Assembly (NCBI GenBank): GCA_044222465.1
Contig: JBGANE010000007.1
Coordinates: 14,664 to 78,663 of the forward strand
Source: Ferruginibacter sp.
Lineage (GTDB): Bacteria; Bacteroidota; Bacteroidia; Chitinophagales; Chitinophagaceae
Direction of reading: 5' to 3'
DNA: 64,000 bases
Shown here: piece after piece, positions 10,239 through 20,435 of the stretch
Position numbering within the stretch: position 1 is the stretch's first letter
How the letters are laid out: every line of letters starts with the position of its first letter
The notes under the pieces: generated by a model
Told to the model about the DNA's origin: nothing
What the model saw: the letters and a program-made list of their open reading frames with translations, nothing else
Databases searched by the model: none
Made by a program: the position numbers and the translations under genes

Positions 10239-11867
10239 CTACTCAAAAAGTTCCAGTTTGTTCTTTGGCCTGCGTTTATCAAGCCATTTAAAACCCCTCA
10301 GTTGCTTTTTGTCTTCCGGAATTTGGCGGAGAGGATATAAGATACCATCAACCTTATTTACAAATTTCACTTTATTCAGTTCTTTCTTAACAAAGTAAAT
10401 GTCTATCTGGTCACCACTGCTCCTGTTCATTCCGATATATGCGCTGTCGTCATCCTGGGGGTAAAAAATACTTTCAGCAGGAGAGCCCTTCACCCGAACA
10501 TAATCAATGGAGCCATCTGTAAAGTATCCGTTCAATGTGCGTCCTGCAATCTGGTTATACATGGCATCATTGGCTTTATTGATGATCATACCATTATAAT
10601 AGACATACAAACGTTTGGCTTTCTGATTTTCGGTGTACATATAAATGGTGTCACCCGTTACCTGCGACTGGTTATTCCAAACAACGGGTTCGCCAAATAA
10701 TTTAAAGGTTGAATCTACGGTAGAGTAGTGGAGGCTGTCGCTTACCGCCTGCAATGAATCATTGAAAATACGAACGTGGCGGAATGCCAGGAAATAACGG
10801 ATGGATGTATCCTTTGCACTGGTATTCACCGCTGTTGTTTTGTTGATGGTATCTTTCATCGTCACGATCTTTCTTTCCAGGCTATCGTATTTACGCAGCC
10901 CTGAAAAAAGCGTATCGGCAGCAACATAGGTGCTGTCGCCATCACGGTAAAAGATCATCACCGGCTTGTTGGTTGCCAGGAAGGAATTCAATTCGGTGTT
11001 CCCGAATATTTTTCCACCTACCACCGTTACCTGGTTCACACTGTCTACCAGTTTAGCATTGCCTTCCATTTGAAAGCTATTTGTTTTTTTATCGAAAGCG
11101 ATTTTATCTGCAACACCAGAATGAGTACTGTCGCTGAAAGAAGTCCTGTCGAAAAAAATGGCTTCTCCCGTTGCCAGGTTGTAAGTGCCACTCTTTGTAT
11201 CAATGATGCTTCCGTCTTTACCCACAATATGGGTTTTTGCAATAAAGGTTGCAATATTGGTTTTGATATTATAGAGCAGGCTATCGGTCCATATATCCCG
11301 GTCTGGATCTTTGAGATGAACATTCTTTTTAAAATAAACATCCTTGGTATCGGCATAATAAACACCATCATCACTGGTAAGTACCGTTTTCTCATTTGTT
11401 ATTCTGCCTCCACCTTTATAGGTGGCAATACCTGTTCTTAAATTGTATTCGAGATCATCGGTATAAAGCGTTCCCTTTTTATCGGTAAGCTTCACATTCT
11501 TTTTCAGGTAAGCAATCCTGTCGGCACCAATATAACGCAGGGATTGTGCATAGGTATGAATACTGTCGTTGTCATTGATATGTATATTGCCAAAAGCTTC
11601 CAGGATATTTGTTTTTCGGTTCAGGGTAGCGCTATCGCAGGAAAATGTGGTAAGGCCCTCTTTGATGATGACATTGCCGGCAATGGTTTCCAGTACATTG
11701 GCAGAGTCAATGGTTTTCATCCGCAGGCTTTTGCCCTGCACAATTTTAATTACCCGGATCGTATCTGCCGGGTTTGATGCATCAATGACCTGTTGTGCAG
11801 AAAGGCCGGAGCTGCAGCAAACTAAAATGAAAATTAAAAACTTGCTGATGGTAAATTTCAATCGCAA
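10239..11867 (-). CDS. OstA/LptA-like beta-jellyroll protein (Bacteroidota LPS-transport associated)
   Basis: Repeating beta-strand pattern (CDSA..., LYTDDL.Y, DSL.Y, GDTI); signal peptide; exact start uncertain. Confidence 0.75.
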   Translation of the reverse strand: MRLKFTISKFLIFILVCCSSGLSAQQVIDASNPADTIRVIKIVQGKSLRMKTIDSANVLETIAGNVIIKEGLTTFSCDSATLNRKTNILEAFGNIHINDNDSIHTYAQSLRYIGADRIAYLKKNVKLTDKKGTLYTDDLEYNLRTGIATYKGGGRITNEKTVLTSDDGVYYADTKDVYFKKNVHLKDPDRDIWTDSLLYNIKTNIATFIAKTHIVGKDGSIIDTKSGTYNLATGEAIFFDRTSFSDSTHSGVADKIAFDKKTNSFQMEGNAKLVDSVNQVTVVGGKIFGNTELNSFLATNKPVMIFYRDGDSTYVAADTLFSGLRKYDSLERKIVTMKDTINKTTAVNTSAKDTSIRYFLAFRHVRIFNDSLQAVSDSLHYSTVDSTFKLFGEPVVWNNQSQVTGDTIYMYTENQKAKRLYVYYNGMIINKANDAMYNQIAGRTLNGYFTDGSIDYVRVKGSPAESIFYPQDDDSAYIGMNRSSGDQIDIYFVKKELNKVKFVNKVDGILYPLRQIPEDKKQLRGFKWLDKRRPKNKLELFE

Positions 11868-11927
11868 TGGTCCTTTTTTTATTCAGCCTGCAAATTGGGC
11901 TTTTATTTTTATAACAGAATGATAAAA

Positions 11928-12944
11928 TTATCTCTGTTTCAGGTAAGGGGCATTTACTGTATCGGGTAAAGGCACAGTTAACCCGGCATTTTTATTTTTT
12001 TTGCCGAATACCGAAATGTTAACATACCGTTTGGGGTTTGTCTTCAGGTCGTCTATCAATAAATTCAGTTTGTTAGCTGTTGCGGTAAGATTATTATAGA
12101 GTTTGGTATCGTTCAGTAACAAACCGGCAGTACCTGTTGTACTATTAAGTTTGCCAATGGTTGACTTCAGGTCGCCGATAGTAGTATTTAACGTTGTCAA
12201 AGTTTTCTCCAGGTCTAATTTCGAAAGATTGGTAGCTGTCTTATCAAGATTACCCACCAGGCTGTTTATCTTATCATTATTATTGGCCAGGTTGCCGGTA
12301 AATGAATTAAGGTTGTTTAAAGTTTTAGCCAGTGCACCTGTTTGTGTGTTGAGTAAGATATCCAATGAGGCAGAGGCATTGATGAGGTTGGCCGTTGTCT
12401 TGTTCAGGTGGTCTAGTGTTGCCCCGATATTATTTTTTGCAGTCGGATCCAGTATCCGGTTAACGCTGAACAAAATGGAGTCGATGGAAGAAACAGCTTT
12501 TTTTACCTGTATAAAGACCGGGTCAACTTTGTTCAGTATCTCATTAAATATACCGGTGGTTGGTTCTGTGGCTATTGTATCTTTTTTTGCAAGATATTCT
12601 TTTGAGTCGCCCAGGTGTATAACAATGGTTTTTACACCCAGCAGGTCGGTATTGATAGTTGCAATAGAGTTTTTAGGGATATTAACGTCCTTGGTCAGGT
12701 TCATATTCACCAGTATCTCCTTCATGTTCTTGTCAGTGGTAATGCTGTAAACAGAACCTACCTGCATTCCATTAATAGTAACAAGGTTTGAAGTGGCGAG
12801 GCCCTGCACATTGGTATATTTGGCATACACGGTATGGCTTTTCCCAAAAAAGGTCTTCCCTTTTAAAAAATTAAAACCCAGTACTAATAAGGTAATCGCT
12901 ATTGCGGTAAGGGCGCCAATTTTGGTTTCGTTCGAAATTTTCAT
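11928..12944 (-). CDS. mlaD: MlaD/MCE family protein
   Basis: MKISNETKIG TM anchor, VTINGMQVGSV, long coiled-coil, DLKTNPKRYVNISVFG. Confidence 0.9.
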   Translation of the reverse strand: MKISNETKIGALTAIAITLLVLGFNFLKGKTFFGKSHTVYAKYTNVQGLATSNLVTINGMQVGSVYSITTDKNMKEILVNMNLTKDVNIPKNSIATINTDLLGVKTIVIHLGDSKEYLAKKDTIATEPTTGIFNEILNKVDPVFIQVKKAVSSIDSILFSVNRILDPTAKNNIGATLDHLNKTTANLINASASLDILLNTQTGALAKTLNNLNSFTGNLANNNDKINSLVGNLDKTATNLSKLDLEKTLTTLNTTIGDLKSTIGKLNSTTGTAGLLLNDTKLYNNLTATANKLNLLIDDLKTNPKRYVNISVFGKKNKNAGLTVPLPDTVNAPYLKQR

Positions 12945-12994
12945 TGTAGATATCCGGCTTTTAAAGCAATTTTTGCAGCATAAGCCAAAGTAAT

Positions 12995-14356
12995 TTAATT
13001 ATTATTTTCTAATTCAAATCTTACCGATGCATTATTTTTCAGGTCGGCAGATAAGCGGACTTCATAACGGCGTACACCATCAGTGATTACCATCAGGGCC
13101 GTATTGGGAGGAATGTCTCCCAGGTTATCGGCATATAGGATCAGTTCATTTGTTTTTCCTTCTGCAAGGTTTAATGTGAAAGATCTGGCTTTGGCCGTAA
13201 GGCTTATTTTATCAACCATCAGTGCATTGTTAAAATAAACAGATACAATATCATTATCAATTTCTCCATCGTCATACAGATCTACTTTTATATTGTTGCT
13301 TTTAACCTGTAAAATTTTTGAATCTTTTACCGGTCTTTTTTCCGGAGGAGCTGCAGTTATCAATTCTTTAGTTTTTGCCGGGGTAATTGTAACAGCATTT
13401 GAAGCCGGGGAATTGTTTGTGCTCTCCACCTGTTCTTTATAGCGCTTAACAGCTTTGGTAATGGCCTCTGCCAGTTCCTGCTGGCCTTTTTCACTATTCA
13501 GATAGCGTTCATCTTCTGGGTTATTGATAAAGCCGGTTTCAATTAAAATAGCCGGCATGTTTGTAGCCTGTAATACCCATATCCCTTTTTGCCGCTGGCT
13601 TACTCCTAATGCCTGCCTGCCGGTTTGATCAACTTCGTCGTTCACCAACGTAGCCAGCAGATCACTTCGTTCCTGGTATCTCTTAGCATATATGGCTGCA
13701 ATGGTCCTTCCTTCAGGTGTTTTAAAATCCAGGTTGTTTTCAAGTGAATCCACGCCATCTGCTTCAATTTCAAAATTTTCATCACCATCCATGATTGCTT
13801 TTAGCTTATCACTTGTTTTATGTGCAGCAAATATCCATACACTGGTTCCGCTTCTTGTAAGGGGGTATTTAAAATATTCGTAAAGCGGCTCAACGGCCTG
13901 GTAAGGTTTTCTCTTTTTCTTTTTTCCTTTTCCTGTCACCTTATATCGGGTAACCACATGTGTGCCTATCTGGCGCCTTCCGGTTTTTAACGGGCCGCTG
14001 TCTGCGTGGATACATAAGAAAAGGTCGCCATGAGACTCATTTGCTATGGTTGCTTTTTCTCTCGGATTCTGATAAATATCAGTTGTACGGGTAGGAACAA
14101 TATTCACATCGGGCAATTGTTTTTTTAATTCCTGGATCAATTTTAAAGAAATAGCCAGGGTTATATCTTTTTCTTTTGACCGCAATGAATTTTCATATTG
14201 CCCTGTTGCACCGGGATCTTTTGAACCGCCATGCCCGGCATCCACAATAATTGTCTTGATTTTTTTTGGAGCCTGTGAAAAGGAATTGTTTAATATTAAC
14301 AAATGTGAAGCAGCAAAAAGAAACAGGAAGGGCACTTTGTTCACTGAGATAATCAT
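12995..14356 (-). CDS. N-acetylmuramoyl-L-alanine amidase (Amidase_3) with an extra C-terminal domain
   Basis: IIVDAGHGG, EKDITL, DLFLCIHAD, VLQATNMPAILIETGFINN. Confidence 0.92.
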   Translation of the reverse strand: MIISVNKVPFLFLFAASHLLILNNSFSQAPKKIKTIIVDAGHGGSKDPGATGQYENSLRSKEKDITLAISLKLIQELKKQLPDVNIVPTRTTDIYQNPREKATIANESHGDLFLCIHADSGPLKTGRRQIGTHVVTRYKVTGKGKKKKRKPYQAVEPLYEYFKYPLTRSGTSVWIFAAHKTSDKLKAIMDGDENFEIEADGVDSLENNLDFKTPEGRTIAAIYAKRYQERSDLLATLVNDEVDQTGRQALGVSQRQKGIWVLQATNMPAILIETGFINNPEDERYLNSEKGQQELAEAITKAVKRYKEQVESTNNSPASNAVTITPAKTKELITAAPPEKRPVKDSKILQVKSNNIKVDLYDDGEIDNDIVSVYFNNALMVDKISLTAKARSFTLNLAEGKTNELILYADNLGDIPPNTALMVITDGVRRYEVRLSADLKNNASVRFELENNN

Positions 14357-14426
14357 ACGTTTTAAAAGGGGTTAGTAATTAAACAATTATTCACAACTCA
14401 ACCGGTAACTATCGGTACTTAATGGC

Positions 14427-14434
14427 TATTTTTG
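14427..14434 (+). promoter_or_regulatory. -7 promoter box TATTTTTG for lptD
   Basis: TAnnTTTG 12 nt upstream of the ATG at 14447. Confidence 0.55.
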
Positions 14435-14446
14435 CCAATCTTTACT

Positions 14447-17143
14447 ATGAACCATCCTAACAAAGGTAAGGCAAAATACATATTGATATCGGCAACTGCA
14501 CTGCTGTTATTCATCATAACCACATACAGCATGACGAATGGTTTTAATGCCGTGGAATTTCACAGTTCTTTAACTACAGATACGGTTCCGGTAAATGCAG
14601 AGTCGGTTAAGAAAGCCATAAACAAAGATTCTTCAAAAAATAAAGAACAGATTTCCGACACAAATATTGTTGTAAAAAGAGATACTTTTTCTTTTAGATC
14701 TTCCAAAGACTCTTTGGATGCGCCGGTCATTTACCATGCCGATGATTCTATGGTGATGGACATCCCTGCCAAAAAAATAATTCTATATGGTAAAGAGACC
14801 CGTGTAAATTATATAGATAACAAACTTGTATCGCCACGCATTGAATTTGATCAACGCACAAACCTGGTGAGCGCCTACCTGGTAAAAGACAGTAACGGTA
14901 ATGTGATTGCCTTCCCCGAATTTAACCAGGGCGATTTTAAAACAAAAAGTGATTCCATTAAATTCAATATGAAGACCGGCAAGGGGATCACTAAAGGCAC
15001 CTACACACAACAGGGCGAGCTATTTGTTTATGGAGAGAAAATAAAGAAAGTAGATCCAGATATTTTTTATGCATTCCGGGGAAGGTTTACAACCTGCAAC
15101 CTGGATACGCCGCATTTTGCTTTTGTAAGTAAAAAAATAAAATTCATCAGTAAGAAGATGGCATTTACCGGTCCTGTGCATCCCGAGTTTGAAGATGTTC
15201 CCATACCGGTTTATCTTCCCTTTGGTATTTATCCCATGCGGCAGGGAAGACATTCAGGTTTACTTGCCCCTTCTTTTAATGCCAACCAGGAACTTGGCTT
15301 GTCATTAGATGGTTTAGGATATTACCGGGTATTAAGTGATCGTTGGGATGCTGTGATAAGAGGTACATTATATTCTTATGGCGGATGGACGGCTAACTTA
15401 AACCCAAGATATTATAAGCGCTACCGCTACCAGGGAAATTTTACGATCAACGTTTTGCATTTGAGAGACCTTGATAAGTCGGGTGCAAGGGCATTTAATG
15501 TTCAATGGTCGCACAGTACCGATTCAAAAGCCCGGCCGGGTGTAAGTTTCAATGCCAGCTTAAATGCAGGCAGCAGTGGTTATAATTATGCTGTGCCCAA
15601 TAATCCGCAACGTAATTTTCAGAACCAGCTTAACTCTTCTATCACGTATTCAAAGACCTGGAAGGACAAACCATTTAACATCAACATAAGCGGCAACCAT
15701 AATCAGAATACAAACAGTAAACTCGTTAATATAAACTTACCCGATATAGGGTTCAATGTAAACACATTGTATCCTTTGCGCCGCAAGGAAGTAATAGGCG
15801 CTTATAAATGGTATGAGAACCTGGGGATCGCTTTAAATACAAATGCAAGGAGCCTCTCTTCTTTTTATGATACATCGGGTAATTTCTTTAAACAGTTTGC
15901 CGAAAAGTATCAATGGGGAGCCAGCCATAATGTACCTATTACTTTATCATTGCCACAGGTAGGGAACTTTCAATTTGCACCAAGTGTTAGCTATGTGGAG
16001 AAATGGTACCAGGAAAAATTTACAAGAAGCTGGGATACTGCCAATAAAAAATTAGATACAGTCATAAGAAAAGGATTTTATACAGCAAGGGAAATGAGTT
16101 TTGGAATGGGTGTTACCACACGTATTTTCGGACTGTTTACTTTTAAAAAGAAAAGCAGGGTACAGGCTATACGTCATGAAATAAGACCATTACTTTCGGC
16201 CAGTTACAAACCAGATATGAACAAAGCATCGTGGTACACAACACAGGTTGATACTTTCGGGCATGTGCTGCCTTATTCGCATTATGAACGCAGTATATTC
16301 GGAACTTTTGGATTAGGAAAATATGGAGGGTTGAGTTTTGGCATTGACAACAACCTGCAAATGAAAGTGCGTAATAAGAAAGATACAGGGGAAGCAGCAA
16401 TGAAAAAGATAACGCTGATAGACGGACTTAGTCTCACCAGCAGTTATAATTTTTTAAAGAAATCATTTAAGCTGGAGCCGATAAATATGTCGTTAAGAAC
16501 AAATCTTTTTGATAAGATCAGTATTTCGGGTAGTGCTATTTTTATGCCTTACTTAACCGATAGTGTTGGAAATTTTATTGATAAAACAATCTGGCGAAAG
16601 AAAATTATTGCATTGGGTAAACTTACCAATGCCAGTATTGCTATGCAAACACAATTTAAGGGAGGCGATAAAAATGAGAAGTTGCCAACAAACAACCTGC
16701 AGAATAATTTGGTGAATACTATATCTGGCATGCCATTAAATGAATACCAGCAGGAAGCAGCTTATATCAGCAACAATCCCGGTGAGTTTGCCAATTTTAA
16801 TATTCCGTGGAGCATTAGTTTATCCTATGCTTTCAGTTATACCCGGGTACCCAATGGTTTGGGAACAGGATACAAAGGTTCAATTTCTCAAAACACAAAC
16901 TTCACCGGTTCGTTGAATCTTACACCTAAATGGCAAATAGGAATAAATGGCTCTTATAATATCACATTAAAAGAACTCGGCCTGATAAACATGTACCTAA
17001 CCAGGGAAATGCATTGCTGGCAGATGGCCATTAATATTTCACCGGTTGGCAGGTACCGCTACTTTAATATCAGCATCAGCCCCAAGTCGGGTATATTAAG
17101 GGATTTGAAAATTAACCGTAGCCGGTATTTTTATGATCTTTAA
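14447..17143 (+). CDS. lptD: Putative LPS assembly protein LptD (Bacteroidota type)
   Basis: GRFTTCNLDTPHF, LTREMHCWQM, C-terminal barrel; conserved divergent synteny with amidase and mlaD. Confidence 0.88.
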   Translation: MNHPNKGKAKYILISATALLLFIITTYSMTNGFNAVEFHSSLTTDTVPVNAESVKKAINKDSSKNKEQISDTNIVVKRDTFSFRSSKDSLDAPVIYHADDSMVMDIPAKKIILYGKETRVNYIDNKLVSPRIEFDQRTNLVSAYLVKDSNGNVIAFPEFNQGDFKTKSDSIKFNMKTGKGITKGTYTQQGELFVYGEKIKKVDPDIFYAFRGRFTTCNLDTPHFAFVSKKIKFISKKMAFTGPVHPEFEDVPIPVYLPFGIYPMRQGRHSGLLAPSFNANQELGLSLDGLGYYRVLSDRWDAVIRGTLYSYGGWTANLNPRYYKRYRYQGNFTINVLHLRDLDKSGARAFNVQWSHSTDSKARPGVSFNASLNAGSSGYNYAVPNNPQRNFQNQLNSSITYSKTWKDKPFNINISGNHNQNTNSKLVNINLPDIGFNVNTLYPLRRKEVIGAYKWYENLGIALNTNARSLSSFYDTSGNFFKQFAEKYQWGASHNVPITLSLPQVGNFQFAPSVSYVEKWYQEKFTRSWDTANKKLDTVIRKGFYTAREMSFGMGVTTRIFGLFTFKKKSRVQAIRHEIRPLLSASYKPDMNKASWYTTQVDTFGHVLPYSHYERSIFGTFGLGKYGGLSFGIDNNLQMKVRNKKDTGEAAMKKITLIDGLSLTSSYNFLKKSFKLEPINMSLRTNLFDKISISGSAIFMPYLTDSVGNFIDKTIWRKKIIALGKLTNASIAMQTQFKGGDKNEKLPTNNLQNNLVNTISGMPLNEYQQEAAYISNNPGEFANFNIPWSISLSYAFSYTRVPNGLGTGYKGSISQNTNFTGSLNLTPKWQIGINGSYNITLKELGLINMYLTREMHCWQMAINISPVGRYRYFNISISPKSGILRDLKINRSRYFYDL

Positions 17144-17148
17144 GTGAA

Positions 17149-17174
17149 GGGATGCTTCGTACCTCAGTATGACA
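17149..17174. repeat. REP-like short palindromic repeat, degenerate
   Basis: GGGATGCTTCGTACCTCAGTATGACA; arms ATGCT/AGTAT; between convergent genes. Confidence 0.5.
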
Positions 17175-17189
17175 AAATCATCAGTTCAA

Positions 17190-17924
17190 TTAAATCTTCT
17201 TCACGTATTCCTGCAGCATGATATTGAAAGTTTTTTCTTTCAGGTACTGTATGCTCACTCCTGCAGAAGGAATGGCCGGCAAAAAATGCATTTGCAGTCT
17301 TGTAGGTAAGAGGAAAAAAGATTTATTGATGGGCATTGCTTTCTTTGTTCCGGTTATCACGCAGGGAATGATATCTTTATTTGCTGCAACCGCCAGCCTG
17401 AAGGCACCATCGTAAAAGGGTTTTATTGGCTCTGCCGTCCTGTTTCTTGTTCCCTCGGGATACACACACATATGCATACCGGTTGCCAGAACTTTTTTCA
17501 TCGCATCAAAACTTTTGCTGCGGCTTTTTTCATCTTTCCTGTCCACCAGCACTGCACCTTTTTTGTAAAACAGGCCGAACAAGGGAATTTTTGCAAAAGA
17601 TGCTTTGGCAATAGTTTTATTTGCGCCCGGAACATAGGGAGCAGATAAAGGTACATCCATGAATGCATTGTGATTGAACACAACAACGTATGACGTGTTG
17701 TTTTTGAAATTTTCTTTACCACTCACCTTAACAGGGCATCCAACTAAGAACAACCATATATTCATCCATATCCTGGAAACAGCAATGAAATACCTTTGTC
17801 CTTTCGGGTCTTTCATCAGGTGAGCAAGCATAGATGGTAAAAGGATGATAAGGAAGGTAACAATGAAAGTGATCAATGCCCACAAGGCCCAAATTCTTCC
17901 AAAAATATTTTTAAAGAGTTTCAT
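17190..17924 (-). CDS. plsC: 1-acyl-sn-glycerol-3-phosphate acyltransferase
   Basis: NHNAFMD (HxxxxD), VYPEGTR. Confidence 0.92.
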   Translation of the reverse strand: MKLFKNIFGRIWALWALITFIVTFLIILLPSMLAHLMKDPKGQRYFIAVSRIWMNIWLFLVGCPVKVSGKENFKNNTSYVVVFNHNAFMDVPLSAPYVPGANKTIAKASFAKIPLFGLFYKKGAVLVDRKDEKSRSKSFDAMKKVLATGMHMCVYPEGTRNRTAEPIKPFYDGAFRLAVAANKDIIPCVITGTKKAMPINKSFFLLPTRLQMHFLPAIPSAGVSIQYLKEKTFNIMLQEYVKKI

Positions 17925-17941
17925 ATTTCTTTCTTCCTGAA

Positions 17942-18625
17942 CTATGGTGTAAGCAGTTTCCAGTCAATGGGTGATATACCTTGTTTTATTAAAAGTTCAT
18001 TTGTTTTTGAAAAGTGTTTACAGCCAAAAAAACCTTTATCAGCTGAAAAAGGGGATGGGTGAGCTGCTTTTAAAACAAAGTGTTTTGTTTCATCAATCAA
18101 TAATTGTTTTTCCTGTGCAAACTTTCCCCAAAGCAAAAATATGATACCGGTTTTTTCATCCGATATTTTTTGAATGACAGCATCTGTAAATTCAGCCCAG
18201 CCAAATTTTGCATGGCTGAACGGTTCGTTGGCTCTTACGGTAAGTGCTGCATTCAGTAAAAGCACACCTTGTTCAGCCCATCTTGTAAGGTTGCCATACT
18301 GCAAAGGCATGGCTACACCAATATCATCTTGTATCTCCTTAAAAATATTGATGAGCGATGGGGGCGGCTTGATACCATTAGGAACTGAAAAACTTAAGCC
18401 ATGTGCCTGGCCGGCGCCATGGTAAGGGTCCTGGCCAAGTATTACTACTTTTAATTTGGTAAACGGTGTTTGATTGAAAGCATTAAAAATAAGCGGGCCC
18501 GGGGGATAAATGATCTTGCCGGCAGACTTTTCTGTCTTTAAAAATGTAACTATCTGCTGAAAATAAGGTTTGGTAAATTCACTCTTTAAAACTTCTTTCC
18601 AGGATGGTTCAATTTTTACGTCCAT
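17942..18625 (-). CDS. ung: Uracil-DNA glycosylase
   Basis: ILGQDPYHG, QAHGLSFSV, GVLLLNAALTV, AAHPSPFSA; start at MDVKIE (18625), since the longer ORF overlaps the tRNA promoter. Confidence 0.96.
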   Translation of the reverse strand: MDVKIEPSWKEVLKSEFTKPYFQQIVTFLKTEKSAGKIIYPPGPLIFNAFNQTPFTKLKVVILGQDPYHGAGQAHGLSFSVPNGIKPPPSLINIFKEIQDDIGVAMPLQYGNLTRWAEQGVLLLNAALTVRANEPFSHAKFGWAEFTDAVIQKISDEKTGIIFLLWGKFAQEKQLLIDETKHFVLKAAHPSPFSADKGFFGCKHFSKTNELLIKQGISPIDWKLLTP

Positions 18626-18660
18626 TTGTAATATAGATTCAATGCAATGTAAAAATTTCT

Positions 18661-18668
18661 TAGCTTTG
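18661..18668 (+). promoter_or_regulatory. -7 promoter box TAGCTTTG for tRNA-Arg
   Basis: TAnnTTTG 14 nt upstream of the tRNA 5' end. Confidence 0.6.
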
Positions 18669-18682
18669 CGCTTCAAAAAATT

Positions 18683-18756
<74 letters not shown>

Positions 18757-18911
18757 CTTGTTTTTTCAATTTTACGAATATGAAGTCCTGATTTAACTTA
18801 AAGAACCTTGCCAATGGCCTGGTAAAAAGAATATCATTCTTTCTTTAAGTCTTCTACTGTTACATTAAACTCCTTTTAGGAGTGATTTTTCTATTTTTAA
18901 TTTTATCAATA

Positions 18912-20324
18912 ATGACTGAAATAACAGATCAGGATACGAAAACTTCTATTTTCAAATTATTTATACAAGCTGTCAGAGGCGATGTAAAGGATTTTACTAC
19001 GGGCAGTATCGACCGTGCTATATTTTTATTGGCAGTGCCGATGGTGCTTGAAATGTCACTTGAATCTTTATTTGCCATAGTGGACATTTTCTTTGTAAAC
19101 AAGGTTAGCCCGGCTGCAGCAGCTGTTGTAGGATTGACAGAATCCTCTCTTACCATTTTATATTCTATTGCGTGGGGATTGGCCATGGGAGCTACTGCAC
19201 TTATAGCCCGCCGTGCAGGGGAGAAAGATTTTAAGCGTGCATCAGACGTGGCTGCACAGGCAATTATCATAGCGGCTGTTTTTTCTGTATTTATCAGTGT
19301 TATCGGTATTATTTTTCCAAAAGAGATATTGGGTTTTATGGGTGCAGATAAGCAGGTGATAGAAGAGAATTACCAATTCACCCAACTAATGATGGGAAGC
19401 AATATCGTTATTATGCTACTGTTTGTAAATAACGGGATCTTCCGGGGTGCAGGCGATGCCTCTATAGCTATGAAGGCTTTGCTGATCGCTAATGCCATCA
19501 ATATTATACTTGATCCCTTGCTGATAATGGGCTATGGGCCATTTCCAAAAATGGGATTAATGGGGGCAGCAGTTGCAACTACTATTGGCAGGGCCTGTGG
19601 GGTGATATACCAGCTTTACCATTTATTTGCAGGGAAAGATCTGATAAAACTAGCAATTAACCAGTTCAGGATTAAACTAAGCCTGGTGAAAAATATTCTC
19701 AATACTTCATCGGGAGGAATGTTTCAATTCCTTATTGGCAGTTGCAGTTGGATATTCCTGGCAAAGATCATTGCGGAATCAGGAGTAGAAGCAACGGCTG
19801 GATACTTCACTGCAATACGCATCTGCATCTTCACCATATTGCCTGCATGGGGTATAGCTAATGCAGCCGCAACACTTACCGGGCAAAACCTTGGTGCCGG
19901 CCAGCCAGAGAGGGCTGCTAAATCTGTTTGGCGAAGTGCGTTCCTGGCCCTATGCTTTTTTGCGTTGGTAGCCGTGGTATTTTTCTTTCTTGGAGAAACC
20001 CTGATGAGGTTTTTTACCAGCAATGAATTAGCCATAGCCGAGGGTACGCTTTGCTTGCATATACTGGCCATCAGTTATATGTTTTTTGCCTATGGGATGG
20101 TTCTTACACAGGCGTTTAATGGGGCAGGCGACTCAAAGACACCTACTTACATAAACCTGGTGGTGTTCTGGCTTTTGCAAATACCAATGGCATATTTGCT
20201 GGCAAAATACCTGAAAATGGGTTCTCTTGGGGTTTATATTGCTATTGGAATAGCCGAAAGTGTTTTGGCAATTGTAAGTATTATTATCTTTCGGAGGGGA
20301 AAATGGAAACTGGTAAAGGTTTGA
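18912..20324 (+). CDS. MATE family efflux transporter
   Basis: 12-TM pattern, FRGAGDA, INIILDPLLIMG, GLMGAAVAT, AFNGAGDSKTP; likely ATG at 18912. Confidence 0.92.
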   Translation: MTEITDQDTKTSIFKLFIQAVRGDVKDFTTGSIDRAIFLLAVPMVLEMSLESLFAIVDIFFVNKVSPAAAAVVGLTESSLTILYSIAWGLAMGATALIARRAGEKDFKRASDVAAQAIIIAAVFSVFISVIGIIFPKEILGFMGADKQVIEENYQFTQLMMGSNIVIMLLFVNNGIFRGAGDASIAMKALLIANAINIILDPLLIMGYGPFPKMGLMGAAVATTIGRACGVIYQLYHLFAGKDLIKLAINQFRIKLSLVKNILNTSSGGMFQFLIGSCSWIFLAKIIAESGVEATAGYFTAIRICIFTILPAWGIANAAATLTGQNLGAGQPERAAKSVWRSAFLALCFFALVAVVFFFLGETLMRFFTSNELAIAEGTLCLHILAISYMFFAYGMVLTQAFNGAGDSKTPTYINLVVFWLLQIPMAYLLAKYLKMGSLGVYIAIGIAESVLAIVSIIIFRRGKWKLVKV

Positions 20325-20387
20325 TTTTAACTATTTTGCCTCAAAATAAATTTATTTACAAATTTTGCCTTTCCATTAATTTAACAT

Positions 20388-20395
20388 TATATTTG
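20388..20395 (+). promoter_or_regulatory. -7 promoter box TATATTTG for the OmpA-family gene
   Basis: TAnnTTTG 40 nt upstream of the ATG. Confidence 0.55.
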
Positions 20396-20435
20396 CACAT
20401 AACTCAGATAAAAAATTTTAATCAAATTAAAGTTT

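Noticed and set aside
12103-12750. 215-aa plus-strand ORF opposite mlaD
   Set aside because: Antisense shadow arising from the coiled-coil codon bias.
13612-13624. CCTGCCTGCCGGT in the amidase gene, identical to the start of the 32315 palindrome
   Set aside because: Only half the palindrome is present, and it encodes TGRQA at a position matching the normal GR motif before QRQ.GIWVL with no extra length. Probably coincidental.
18757-18911. Possible genomic island at the 3' end of tRNA-Arg
   Set aside because: No integrase, no duplicated tRNA 3' end elsewhere in the window, and an ordinary MATE gene follows.
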